Assembly (NCBI GenBank): GCA_049999805.1
Contig: JBNGIO010005869.1
Location: 1-64,000 of the forward strand
Source of the DNA: Folioceros fuciformis
Taxonomy: Eukaryota
Length of the DNA: 64,000 nucleotides
Reading direction: 5' to 3'
Part shown: positions 33,422-46,090 of the stretch, piece by piece
Layout of the letters: each line of letters starts with the position of its first letter
Numbering within the stretch: the first letter of the stretch is position 1
Translations under genes and position numbers: made by a program
The notes under the pieces: model-generated
Seen by the model: only the letters and a program-made list of their open reading frames with translations
What the model was told of the DNA's origin: nothing
Database searches by the model: none

Positions 33422-35663
33422 TTAGACCGTGGCGGCAGCACATACCGCCCTACGTTGTTCTGCAGAAGCAACCCTTCCCTTTTTTTGAAGGGCGGCCACC
33501 AGGCTGGACTCTGCTGAGTCGTTGGGAGAAAGACCCCTTGCTTTTAGCTCCTCGAACAGCTCCAGTGCTTTGGCGACTCGGTTGTGCTTCAGGAGACCCT
33601 CGATAATCACAGAGTACGCTACCACATGTGACTCTAACTTGTCTTTAACAGCTTCAAAAACCTGCAAAGCCTGAGCGAACTTGTCCACCCTACAAAGGCC
33701 GGTGATGACTGTGCTGTGGGTGATGATGTCTGCAGGTATTCCCTTCGATAGCATTTCGTGGTAGACATCCATTACCTCTCCTATTTCCCCCTGCTTTGCA
33801 AGTCCGTCCAGGAGGGCATTGTAGGAGACTGTGTTAGGGCCTTGGCCCTTCCTCTCCATCTCATGGAACAACCTCACGGCTTCACCTACACGACCAGCCT
33901 TGCAGAGGCCACCAAGAACTGTGTTGAGAGTCACCAGGTTAGGAATCCACCCTCTGGATTCCATTTCTTGGACGAGAGTAAAGCAGTGTTGCATTCGTCC
34001 TGACCTTGCAAGCCCCCAAATGAGCGTGTTATATGCATTGACGTTCGGCTGCACTCCCTTGTACCTCATTTCCTCGAACAGCCGCCAAGCATCATCCACT
34101 CTGCCAGCCTTGAAAAAGGCATCGATAAGAGAGGTGAAGGATATGACATTAGCAGCAAGCCCTTGTGCTTCCATCTGGCCCAAAAGCCTCCGAGCTTTAT
34201 CGACCTGACCTGCCTTGCCTAGAGAGTCTATCACGATGTTGTATGTGACCACATCTGGAGTCACCTTTGCAGTAGACATTTCATCAAAAAGCTTGGTCAC
34301 GTCTTCAACATCCTCTGACCTTCTGCAGGCATCCATTATGGAGTTGTATGTGATAACATCCGGGACAAGACCCTGCTGCTTCATTGCTGCGAAAAGCTGC
34401 CTGGCTTTCACCAAATCACGGGCCCTGCCAAGCCCATCGATGACGGTATTGAAGGCCACTACGTCTGGGGGAAAGTCTTCAGATGCTTGCATCTTTTCGA
34501 ATAGTTCATAACCCATGTCCACTTTCCCTGCCTTCATCAAGCCATTTATGAGACTGTTGTACAGCAGGCGATCGGGTTTCACATGGCACTCCTCCTCCAT
34601 TTCCTTGAATATTCCATATGCCTCCTCAAACTGTGACACAGCAGCTGCGGATTGAATGAGTACAGAATAGATCGCAGCGTCAGGGATAATCCCTTGTTCT
34701 ATCATGCCCTTGAGCAAGTTACGGACTTCAACAAACCGCCCAGACTTGCCAAGACTTGCGATGAGACTTCTGTACGTGTAGGCGTCCGGCTTATGGCCTG
34801 CCTGAAGCATTTCCTGGAAAATGGTATGCGCACCTGTGTCATCGCCACCTCGTACTAGTATGGCAAGGAGACAGTTGTAGCAAAAAACATCAGGTTTGCA
34901 ACCAGCTTCCTTCATTCTCCGAAAGGCAGCCAAGGCAGCTCCAGGCTTCTTTACACGCCCATATGCTTGCATGGCGATAGTGAAAGCTACCACATCTAAT
35001 TTGCAACCTGCTTGTTGAGCTTCATCCAGGACTTGTTCCATCTCTTCGACGCATTGGGCTTCTGCAAGCATCTTGATCATAAAATTGTAGGTGGCCCAGT
35101 TGTACCTAAAACCACTTTCCCTTCCCAGCCATCTGAAAAAGCTGTGAGCTCGACTGATGTCGACCTTCAGCAGCTGCCTGAGCACCTCACGGATCTGGTA
35201 AGGCTTCAACCTCAACTGTAACTTGGTCAGCTCATTTTCTGTCAAGGGTCCCCAGCTATCAAGCCGACAAACCACATTAACCACACTTGATATCTTGGCG
35301 TCCACATTTCGCGGCGGAGTCTCTACGCCCTGGCTAACACCTTCGACGCTGGTGCCGGCTGAACCTTCTGAGGATGCATCCATTTGCGTCTTCTGCTTCT
35401 GCTTTTGCTTGCGGGATGTGATAGAGTAGCACCTCACAAACGACAAGCTACCAGATGACGGCCGGAACCAAAACAAATCCTGTAGAGGCAAGGAAAAAAT
35501 TGTTTCAAACTGGGAAATGGGGGAGTCGTGACACAACGCGAAGCACAATCAAAAGTACCTGACAAATTGCTGAAGGGCACTCAACACCACCGAGGCGCGC
35601 CACCTCGTGAGCACAGTAAACACGCCAGCGTGACCTTAGTCCACATAGACTGAAGCCTCGCAT
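33422..35663 (-). CDS. P-class pentatricopeptide repeat protein, probably organelle-targeted
   Basis: Roughly 15 tandem 35-aa PPR motifs. An in-phase first exon 35663-35559 (MRGFSLCGLRSRWR...) is joined through GT-AG intron 35558-35480. Confidence 0.92.
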
Positions 35664-36360
35664 GTTGCAACTCAGACTTGTCGCACCCTCAATGTCAGAG
35701 CAAGGCAGTGGGATCGCCCATTCAGTAGGTTTGCAAACGGTCTCTCTTTCATCCTCTCCACCTTAGCACATCAACAAGCCAAAACTAGTTGGTTGCTCGG
35801 ACCGGCGTCCTGCAGAAGCGTCGTGCGCTCTTGCTCTGCGCAGTGTGTACGCTTTCGAAGTACACAGCGCAGCCATCCTCGTAGATCTGACCTTCGTTAG
35901 CCTATAATAATTCTTTGCTTCCCTCGATTGCTCGAGACCGATGCCTTCTGGCCGGATGCCGAAGTCCAGAACACGATGCGATGCTGATTGGCGGTAGACA
36001 CATATCCATCACCACGACGCTTTGTTATGTTCTCTGTAGACAAACGTCGGTACTACCAATTTGTGCTCGGAGACAGACATCTTTCGCTAAGGGCGAGAGA
36101 ATGAGATTGATTTATATACACACAACATTGTAGAGATGGCGACTCTCTAGGGCCCCAACAAGATATAATGTACAAAACTGTTCGCGTCCGAATGTCGGCG
36201 CGAAACGTACCCCTACAACAACCCGTCCCCCACTTTCAGATGGTTCTGCCCTCAGGTCCAAAGTCACCGAAATCACTCACGCTTTTCATGTTCGTAGCAG
36301 GGGAAGACACCACATCATGTGCCCAAATTTGAGTGGGACCAAGTATTTTCTCAGGCTTTT

Positions 36361-38499
36361 TCACAGTTCTAAGTTGGACTCCTCCTTGGTGGCTGTCAGC
36401 TCATGGGAACCAACCGGAGCGTAAGGCATGCCATCAACAATCTTCTCAGCAGCGTTCTGCCTGTTTTGGGTATAGCAGACCACAGAGATGAGAGCCCCTA
36501 GTATGGTTAGCCCCACCAACCAAGAGGCCTTCCAACTTTCTAACCAACGCCCTCGCTGCTTCTGCGACAGCCCAGAAAAAATCTGCACCATGTCATGAAC
36601 CTTCCCATCATGATTGCCCACATACGAGACGGTGAGTACTTCCCTAGTGGCATGAAGCGTGGCATAACCAAGTTGATCACCTCGAAACATTGACCAGCTG
36701 GGTTGAGGATATATGGGAAACTCTGGATGATCTTCCCTTGGCCTCCATCTTGACTGCCAGTCTTGTCCCCCCATCCCAACAACCAAATGCACTGGGGCCT
36801 GGAGACTCGAGTTTAGCGCCTCCGAGTCGACACAGTTAAACTGCTGCAAAGGGCATGACCTTTCGTACTTGTGGACATGACCCCATAGGGCCAGACTCAC
36901 ATTGTGCTGTACAAGAAGAGGTTCAATATGCTCCAGCATTCTCTCCCTCAGTTTCTCTTCGGGGGAAAAATAGTCAGTTGTGTACATGGGACGGTGACCC
37001 ATGAGTACTATAAACGGCGTCTTCACTCTGTCCACCCTTGCTAGGTCATCGGCAATGAAGGCAAACTGCTCGCTCCCAGGAAGGAAATCCGTCTCAGTCG
37101 ACATGTACAAAAAATGAACCACACCAAAAGAATGAGAGAAGAAGAGATTCTGAGTCGGAGGAGCCGACGTCCCAGTAGACACGGAAGAATTACCAGGCAT
37201 TTGGAACCTTAGGCTGTAAGGTACTCCACACTCACCACCTCCATCTTTGCCATATATATCAGACGCCCAATCAGGCTTCCAAGGTTGGCTGGGCCAATCA
37301 TACTCGTGATTCCCAATACACACGTGATATGGAGCTTGAGCAGAAATGGGCTGGATTCGATGGAAGAATTCGTCCCAAACCCACGCATAGCCTCTCGCAT
37401 AACTTATGTCCCCTATGTGGGCAACGAAGACAGGTGTATCACCTAGCTCAGCAAGCTCTTGCTGCATGAAACTGAGTGTGTTCTCACTCTCTGCTGCCCA
37501 CCAGCGATACGTTGTATAGGGTGCTACAGTCCCCAAGTCTCCAAATATAAGAGCCCTTGTCTCCTGTGCATCGACTTCAGGAGCCACGTAGCTGAACACT
37601 GCACTCCATCCATACTCATCGCTTCCAACCTTGCATAAAATTAGAACACGCAATAGAAAAAAGTTGGCGGCACCATTCGGCAGTCTTTGGGCATGTACAG
37701 AAACAGATTGTCTGAAACCGCTAGGAAACAAAAAGAGATTGGCTCAATCCGCTAGAAAACAGCTAGGCACCACAGACCATACCTGATAGTAGTACCTCTT
37801 TCCACTTCGCAGATTATCCATCACAACATTGTGCAAGTAGCCCGGATCCCTCCATCCCTCAGAGGTGTTTGCCGGCGCGTCGCACATATCCTTCTGAAAG
37901 TAGGTTGAATACTCCGTTTTCCTGACTTTATCTAATTTATTTCTGTCCAATCCAAACCTCACATAGGAATCAACAGCCATCCCTGTAACAAACATGACCT
38001 TCATTTCCCCTACTTGCTTGGAAGTTAAGGAGAGGTGCACTTGAGTAGGCTCGTTATAATTCTTGAAACTTACATCCACACTCGTCGCCAGCCGATTTTC
38101 AGTGGTCGGAAGGGGGTCCTTCTCCGCGTTCAATCTCACTCGAGAATGTTTGGTCACCACGATCTTCCTCCCTCTAAACAACCGAAACTGATAGGGCGCC
38201 CGCAAACTGACGAGGGGCAAGCTTTTGGAACCTGCCCCTGTGGACCAGCTTGCACTGGAGTTGAGCAACACATACCCTATGAAATTCTCGTCCTCTGATT
38301 CAGGCGGAGTGTAGATGCCGAGCCAGTCGTACTCTGAAGGCGATTCCACACCCGACCAAGACACATTAACAGAATCCCCAGAGCTCTCTAGAATGAGAGG
38401 CTCCACAGTGACTGTGACCTCCGCTGCGTCAGCAAGACTCTCCTTGATGATGATTATGATGAGGAGGAAAATGAGAAACTCTGCGACACCAGACGCCAT
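36361..38499 (-). CDS. Purple acid phosphatase, PAP2/PAP9-like, with C-terminal TM helix; 2 exons
   Basis: Signal peptide, N-terminal DWLGIYTP domain, and the DLG, GDISY, GNHE, GHRPMY and GHVH motifs. Intron 37782-37630. Confidence 0.93.
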
Positions 38500-39860
38500 C
38501 CCTGAAACAGAAGATGCTCATGCTTGAGTCACAACATCCAACAGGCTACAGAACTGTCACCACGTTGCATCCAACACCACACACAAGACACAGCTTTCCG
38601 GCATTCTAGCTATAGCGGAAGAGGTTCATACTTAGAGACGAATTGCCTCAGCAAGACAAACAAGCATCAGCCATGGCTCTCTCCAACACAAGAGGAAGCA
38701 AACCCTTCGCTACACGACCCTAAATAGGAGTCTCGCAAGGAGGTAGAGACGTATCGGATCAGACATGTGGTTCTCGGCAGGAGGTGGCCGAGTAGCCCGT
38801 GCGAACCTCATCTCGATCCCGCAGAATATGCTGCCAGGTTTCTGAACCCCTAGATTACTATCACGATAGAATGGAAAACGGGAAGCATGAAAACAAATGG
38901 CGCGGGCAGTCGTTGAGGTAGCGTGCGGTCGCAAGACCGACACCTGCACCTCTGCCAGCATCCGCAGGAATCGAGAGCAGTACATTCTGCAGCGTCCTCT
39001 TCAAACAAGACCCCACTCACATTCCACATGCAAGCATGCAGCAGTTCTGAGCTGAGCTGAGCTGAGACAACCTTGCTCAGATTGTCACTTACCATATCGC
39101 ATGCCAAGCGCCGGCCGGAGTCGGATAGCGGCGCCCTTGTCGGGCCACTGCCGCGCAGCCATTGCCGTTGTGGAGATCCGCATCACATCCGACCTGCCGG
39201 AGCTTACTGTATTAAAACGTGAAAACTTAAACAAGACAATCATATGTACACTATTCCCCTCCTCAATTCAGGTGGTGCTGTTGTCGATTCGCTGATCCAG
39301 TTACGCCTCTGTGCTGTCCTCAGGGATGTTGGCACGCAACCCCTGAACTGCTAGTTCATTAATCGTTTAATGGTGCTAGGATTCCTACGCATTTATCACT
39401 CAAGTCCTCGAAGTTGGACTCTCTCGGAGTGTGGAGAGTCCGACTTCAGAAGTCTCGCACCTACCTTTACCGTGTCCAGCTGTCGTGACAGGGTTTGGCC
39501 ACGAAACCCTAAGCCTCGCCGACCGATGAAGGAAGGAGGGAAGGAAGGAAGGAGCCACACGACACAACGCAAGCAGGCAAAATTACTTCCATTTTTGTTA
39601 TGAAGTTGAGCACACCACCGCCTCTCGGCAATTGACCAGGCAAGCGTAGTATGCTATCCATGCACAGTCGGGCGGGTGGTACGGAGCACTAGTTTGGCGA
39701 TGGAGGCTACAGGGATCTAAGGTTAACATTTTTGAGCACACATTGGGTTGCTTGTTTTGTTTCTTTGTTTCTGACAATGTGATAGATGGCAGGAAGCTAG
39801 GTGTAGACAGTAGACGATAACAATGTCGGCAGATGCAAGAGGAGGAAGGAAGAATGAGAG

Positions 39861-41721
39861 CTAAGAGCCGGAGCATAAATGCCTGGGAATGTTGACCGGT
39901 ATGTCATCAGCATCCCTTTCCCTCTGCCTCCATCGCTGCTTGCAATGGTCGTAGACGAGGCCCTTGTTCTTCTCCTGCCACCAGAATGCCGGCACACGGA
40001 ACTTGCGGTGCAGGATGTCATCGTATTTGTTAAGCAGAGCAACATCTCTGCTGGCGTGCAGTTGAAAGTTTCCGAAGGGCTCGGCCTGGCTCTTAAAGGC
40101 GTCCAGCAAATGCAGGTACAACTCCATGCCGTGGTTGCTCACCAGGTCGCTCTTGCTCTGGTCCAGGCAGGTGGAGTGTGTGCTATCCACGCGCAGCTCC
40201 TTGCCGACATGGGAGTACGTCCAGGGGAGCCAGTCCAAGAAGTCACTCAGCCAAGGCACCTTTTCGTTGGTGAAGAAGCCCGGGAAGTTGGGAACGGAGT
40301 CCGTTTCATTGACCACCCGCAGCACCTTCACGTTCAATTCCGTCTCCAGGCGTTGGCGGAAGGCGTCGTTCCCGACCCTGGGAGCGGCAAAGTTGAAGAC
40401 GGTGACGGGGATGATGGATTGGCCGGCGCCGTCGTGCCGCCGGTTGAGCCCCGTGGCGGCGATGTCGTAGGCGCAGAGTAGAGCCCATGCCCCTCCCAGA
40501 CTGTGGCCGGTGACGGTGATGCTGAGCTCATCAGCCCCGTGCAGGGTAACAAGCCTCTTCACCTCCTGCAGCACCTGTTCCTGCGCGCTCTGCTTGTTGT
40601 ACCGGGTTCGGGGGTTCCTGGAGGAGTACATGTGCCAGAATCCCTTCTCAACCTTCACGTCCAGGCTGACGGGGAGCGCGTTCCCCGAAATTGGCCCCCT
40701 TAGCTGCATGGCGTGGCCGTCCGGGTCGGAGGCCTGCATGGGGGTGAGGTAGTCCCGCACATTCTCCTTCCACTCCAAGGCAGTAACCGTCCCCCGCCAT
40801 GCCACCACGATGTCCCGCCTGCCCTGCCTCCCGATCTCCCCGCGCGCCGTGCAGACAGCCACGAAGCCAACCCAATTGGAGTCCTTGCTCCACGCATCCT
40901 CCTTCACATCCGGCCTGCGGAAGAAGGCCGGGAGGTGCAGATCTTGCGACGTGGCGTAGATGTACTTAGTGACCTGGTACCCCGAGTCCGGCAACCCCAC
41001 CGCCTCCAGCAGCTTGTCCTGATCGTACTTGCAGCTCCCGCAGNNNNNNNNNNNNNNNNNNNNNNNNNNNNNNNNNNNNNNNNNNNNNNNNNNNNNNNNN
41101 NNNNNNNNNNNNNNNNNNNNNNNNNNNNNNNNNNNNNNNNNNNNNNNNNNNNNNNNNNNNNNNNNNNNNNNNNNNNNNNNNNNNNNNNNNNNNNNNNNNN
41201 NNNNNNNNNNNNNNNNNNNNNNNNNNNNNNNNNNNNNNNNNNNNNNNNNNNNNNNNNNNNNNNNNNNNNNNNNNNNNNNNNNNNNNNNNNNNNNNNNNNN
41301 NNNNNNNNNNNNNNNNNNNNNNNNNNNNNNNNNNNNNNNNNNNNNNNNNNNNNNNNNNNNNNNNNNNNNNNNNNNNNNNNNNNNNNNNNNNNNNNNNNNN
41401 NNNNNNNNNNNNNNNNNNNNNNNNNNNNNNNNNNNNNNNNNNNTCATCACCCTCCTCCCACGGCGGATTGGCGCCCAACCTCTCCAGCCCGTCCTCCCAG
41501 TCAGGTCCCCGCCGCAGCATCTCCCTCCTCCGCACCCGCTCCAAATCGGGTCTCGCCGTCGCCCGGGTGCACGCCACGGACGCGCTCCCCTGCTTGTGGC
41601 CGACCCATGACACGGACACTCTGGCATTACAACCAGCGGCCGCACTGCTGTTGCTACAGAAACTCTCCGCCTCCCCCGGGCTCCTCAGACACGCAAGCTT
41701 GCGCACGACGGTGGCTGCCAT
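39861..41721 (-). CDS. Phospholipase A1 (DAD1-like class 3 lipase), interrupted by an assembly gap
   Basis: GYQVTKYIYAT, WSKDSNWVGFVAV, RRDIVVAWRGT, ITVTGHSLG, APRVGN, YSHVG, WWQEKNKGLV. A transit-peptide-like N-terminus lies beyond the gap. Confidence 0.9.
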
Positions 41722-42597
41722 CCCCCCACGCTCTACCTCGGCATACACCTCCCTCGTAGACTACAAGTTGCCAACAACGTGCACCACACCACACCACACA
41801 ACGCAACTGTCGGAAGCCCTGCCCGAGTTCCCACAATCTTGGGCCAGGATGGTTGGAATCCGGAGTCTGTCACGGAAATCCAGTCCCCGACACCTCGCTC
41901 TAACAAGCACTGCACCTGCAGCGAGGCCGGCGAGGGAGCTCCTTAAAAAGCCATCGGATTCCCGTCCTCGGTCGCACATGGTTGCCAGCAGTCACACGGA
42001 AGACCAAAGTAAAGGCGACACAGTTGCTCACGGCGACTGCTTCGAGCTTTCGTGGCAAGACGGAGTCAACGAGCACGCAGAGACTGAGGACTTCCCCAAC
42101 TCGCACCTTCCATTCGCCTCATTTAGAAAGAAGCTCCAGGTGAGCTACAGATGGGCGGCCTGTGGTATCAGGCATCGCGCATCAGCCAACCCTCACCCAC
42201 CGCGTGAACGTCCCGCACTGACCAGCCGCCCCGCATCCCAGCTTCCCTGCATTCAATTTCATCTGACGACAAACGAAAGATTTGTGGGCGGCCCCGGTCC
42301 ACGGAACTCAGATTCCTCCCGCATGCATGCTCTCACCCTTCATGTTTCCACTCAGATTCAATCGTCACTTATTTTAGTCTGATAATATTATTATTGTTAT
42401 TTACATATATTACAGTTTATCACTCCGAAAAGCCATTACAATAGACTCCCGTTTCCTTAACTGTGTATATAGAAGTCCCAACAACAGTACTACGTACATT
42501 GACCCATGGCCTAGAGAGAGAGAGCTCCCCATCGCACTGCAATCTAGGTAGATGTAAGAAAGAGAGGCTCTTGTTCCTTAGCAAGCTTCCTTCATTG

Positions 42598-43000
42598 TAA
42601 CTCTTTTTTTCTTTCTCAATGTTGGAAGAGAGTAGTGTAAAAGGCAAGTGTGGCATACCACATAGCACAAAGGAAGGTGTTAGGACTTTTCTCAACATCA
42701 CAACACACGTGGCAAAATCTTACAAACATTCTCTTTTTTTCTTTCTCAATGTTGGAAGAGAGTAGTGTATAAGGCAAGATAGTGTGTCATACCACAGAGA
42801 GAGGACAAAAGAAGGTGGTAGGACATTTTTTTTAACAGGGCACCACTCAGGGTAAATTCGTACATACATTCAATGAATGCTCCTACTACTCAAACTTGAA
42901 AGCAAAGAAAAATGGCCCTAAAGGTTCATGACTTAGTCCAACTCCTACTACTCACTTGAAAGCAAAGCAAATGGCCCCAAGGTTCATGACTTAGTCCACT
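42598..43000. repeat. Two adjacent local tandem duplications (~130 bp x2, ~60 bp x2)
   Basis: CTTTCTCAATGTTGGAAGAGAGTAGTGTA at 42610 and 42741. CTCCTACTACTCA..CTTGAAAGCAAAG..AAGGTTCATGACTTAGTCCA at ~42879 and ~42942. Confidence 0.8.
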
Positions 43001-43377
43001 CTCACTTGAGTTTTACATAAATACTTTATAGAACATTGTTATTTTAGACTTTTCTTTACATATGAAACGCTTGTGTTCCTTCCATAAATCTAGGTCTACT
43101 TTACTCATGGGTTTGAAACTTGAGACAACTCTATGAATATCATAAGGTCTTCCTATTTATTCATCCCTTTGTTTCACATCTGTGAGCCTGCCTTACAAAA
43201 CTCTAGCCCCTAAATCCTTCAAATTGTAAACCACCCAAATATACAAAAAAAAAAGTACATCAAATATTTTTGTTGGGTGCAAAGATAATTTTGATTCAAG
43301 AACTAATTTGAGGTGGATGAAAGCCAAACATTTTGTTCCACAACTTATTTATGGTTTGAAGTAGTGTCATGATACAA

Positions 43378-43453
43378 GGTTTAGGGTTTAGGGTTTAGGG
43401 TCTAGGGTCTAGGGTTTAGGGTTTAGGGTCTAGGGTTTGAACCCTAAACCCTA
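43378..43453. repeat. Interstitial telomere-type repeat (TTTAGGG/TCTAGGG x8, then inverted CCCTAAA)
   Basis: Read directly from the sequence. Confidence 0.92.
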
Positions 43454-44431
43454 CATGACATTAGATTTTTCAACATTTGCTAATTGAGAAGCATGGAGAT
43501 TTAAGAATTATAAATTTTAACCTTTGTTGCCAAGGAAATTATAATAAAATATTCATTCATTATTGTGGAATAAAATAATATGTGGTACCAAAATTTCTTT
43601 AGCATCAAGTTATAAAGCACTATCATATGATGTATGGTCTGTTGGATTATCCCTATTTTGCATGCTAACTAGCTATGACCTATTTTACATGAAGGTTAAT
43701 AATTTAAGAGTTTCTTGACTTGTACCAAACATTTAATTTTCTTATCTTCCTTCTCCTTGTATTCATCTATTATTCCTAATGTTAAATATTAATCTTGAAG
43801 ATTGTATCAATATTCTACTCAATAATCCGTAAGATTGTATGGTTGTTCTTCTCATAGAGGAGCACAAGTCTATTGCTTGTGAACAACGTGGACACTCAAT
43901 GTAGGTTAACCAAAGATTTAAGATCATATTTGCTCCAAATAAAATTAATGAAGTTAAGCAATTATATAACAACATGATGTTTTGAATAAAGCTTATAGCA
44001 TAGTCTATTTTTATATTTTGAGTTTCACCTTAGAAGGACCTGGAAAATTTTATTCCAATAAATTGCAGAAGGCAATCACGGCTTACCAACAGCCTTTACT
44101 TCGGAGTGTTCCAATCACACAACTCTTTTTTCTACCATGCACAATTTGAAAAAGTTTGAGCTAGGGAGTCTTGATAGTCCATATCATGACTTGTGCGATT
44201 ATGTGATAAATCATCACTGGTGTAAGCTTGCAGCTGGTGAGCCATGGAGTTGCTAAGGGGCAACGCATTAGCTCACGAGCTGCTAGCTCACAACATATTG
44301 GACGGGGGGAGGGACTTCCAAATCGCACAATGCGGGTGACATGACTGGGGAATGCAATGCACAGTCCGACTCACCACCAGGCGCGGAGAGGTGGTTTGAT
44401 CCGGGACACTCCATGAGACTTATTTCATCAA

Positions 44432-45824
44432 CTATCTGAGCCACGGAAGGCCGTATGTGAGGCATTCCTTGTAAGAGGGTGGACCAGGTATGTCAACTAT
44501 CGGTCCCAGCATGATTCTCCACAAATCCAGGACTATGGTGACTAGCATTGCAGCCCCCAGTGAGTCGATGGCTACTTGCGGTAGGCCCCAGGGTCTGCTT
44601 GCGTCTTCATCCACTCTGCTCCCAACCCCATCCTTGCACAATTACTGGTGGAAACAAACACGGCTGGCAAGCACACACGAGGTTAGGCAACCGGAAAACG
44701 TCACGTACCGTACGAACATGGGGAAGCTGACGAAGAAGTATATGGCGTAAAACAAGGATCCCACGGTGTAGAACGTCGGTCTGTCCACGATGTCGTAGTA
44801 AGGAAACTGAGCAGCCAGGAGAGTGTAAGAGGAGGTGGATGGGGCCAGCAGGGGTTGAAAGAACAATGTGGAGATGGGTGCAACCACGGACAGTAGCTGC
44901 ACATGCCCTTACATTAGAAATTGTGACAGCCTCCGTTAGGGCCGTGAGGTAGGACAGGAGGAACACCCACGCTGCTTGCAAAATCCACCGAATTGGGCGG
45001 CTTGACACGCCCTTGATAGCATGGCGGAGCCGCCTGAGGGTGATGTTGGAGATGGCGTGGTACAGCAGAAAATAGCAATGGGTGAGGAAGAAGGTTGTGA
45101 GGGGAACCTGCCCACAAGGAGTGATTCAGTGTGCAAGCCCAAGACCGTTCAGAGGGTGACAAGGCTGTTTGTTCTGTTTGAGGAGAAAAGAACTCACGTG
45201 ATTGAGGTTCCAGGAGGGAAAGGTGTAGGTTGCTCCCAGAACGGTGTAGAAGTAGTGCGTCCAGAAGTAGTTCCCAACGAAACCAAAAATGAACACCCAC
45301 AAGTTTGCCTGCAGGGTTACAGGAGTTGCTTGCCGTCAGTGGCACTCAGATGACACATAAAGTACATGCTCTGCACAAGCTCATTCTGACCTTCACCCAA
45401 TATCGTTCGAGCAAAGGCCTGCTCCTGTCAGACTTCCCGACGATGAACAAGGGAGCAACCAAGCAGGGCAGCGCGGACACCAGACCCAGCAGCAGGTACT
45501 CCAGCTCTCCAAACCTCTGTTCCCGTCAAGCAGCAGTCACAGGACGGGCTATCATACATCCTGTGCAATGCCATGTCCTGGTGTAGCAGTAGCCAGCCCA
45601 TCAGCCCTGTACCGGCAGCCAGGCACATGCAGCATGCGTTAGGCAGGACAGGCCCAGTGAGAAAGGAGAACCTCGTAGAGCTTGAAGGGCACCACGATGC
45701 CCAGGCACAGAACGATCCAGAAGGGACTGTAGGCCAGGAAGAAAAGCTCCCCCCATCTTTTGCTGGGCGTGGGGGCTAGCCATAAGCTCTGCCCCTTCTC
45801 CGCCTTCGTCTTCTTCGTTGCCAT
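44432..45824 (-). CDS. CPI1: Cycloeucalenol cycloisomerase (cyclopropylsterol isomerase), multi-exon
   Basis: SLWLAPTPSKRWGELFFLAYSPFW, RYWVK|ANLW, GNYFWTHYFY, VGSLFYAIYFFVSFPMF, DSLGAAMLVTIVLDLWRIMLGPI...GLPW; canonical introns. Confidence 0.95.
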
Positions 45825-46090
45825 GCTGTGCTGACTCCGGCTCGGGTCTTGCCTAAATCGGCACTCGGAGCTGGGCTTATGTGCGAGTGGACGGAACTGT
45901 TCTGCAAAGCCCCGCCGCTTGTCCTGAGCAGACGAGGCATCTCTCCCCATTCGAAACGGGGTAGTAGTGACCGCGGGTCCAAGAGAGCGCGCGGGCGAGG
46001 GACGATATCGACCAGGCTCAGCCGGGGCAGCACAGTTGCGCTGCCGCAGCGACAGCGGCAGGGCGGGGCTGAGCGCGAGGGCCAGGCGCA

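Noticed and set aside
36232-36322. C/D-box snoRNA-like pattern on the minus strand (ATGATG...CTGA)
   Set aside because: Imperfect C box, weak terminal stem and no convincing rRNA guide. It lies in the phosphatase 3' UTR. snoscan/Rfam would settle it.
41468-42382. 304-aa plus-strand ORF
   Set aside because: Antisense to the PLA1 5' region and promoter, non-ATG start, low complexity.
44268-44288. Hairpin plus CTAG as a Helitron 3' end
   Set aside because: The stem is very short, the spacing is atypical and no matching 5' end was identified.
1-45824. Possible lipid/hormone/defence biosynthetic cluster (peroxidase, GPDH, GH3, PLA1, CPI1)
   Set aside because: The enzymes act in unrelated pathways and compartments, are interspersed with unrelated genes, and GH3 is a pseudogene.
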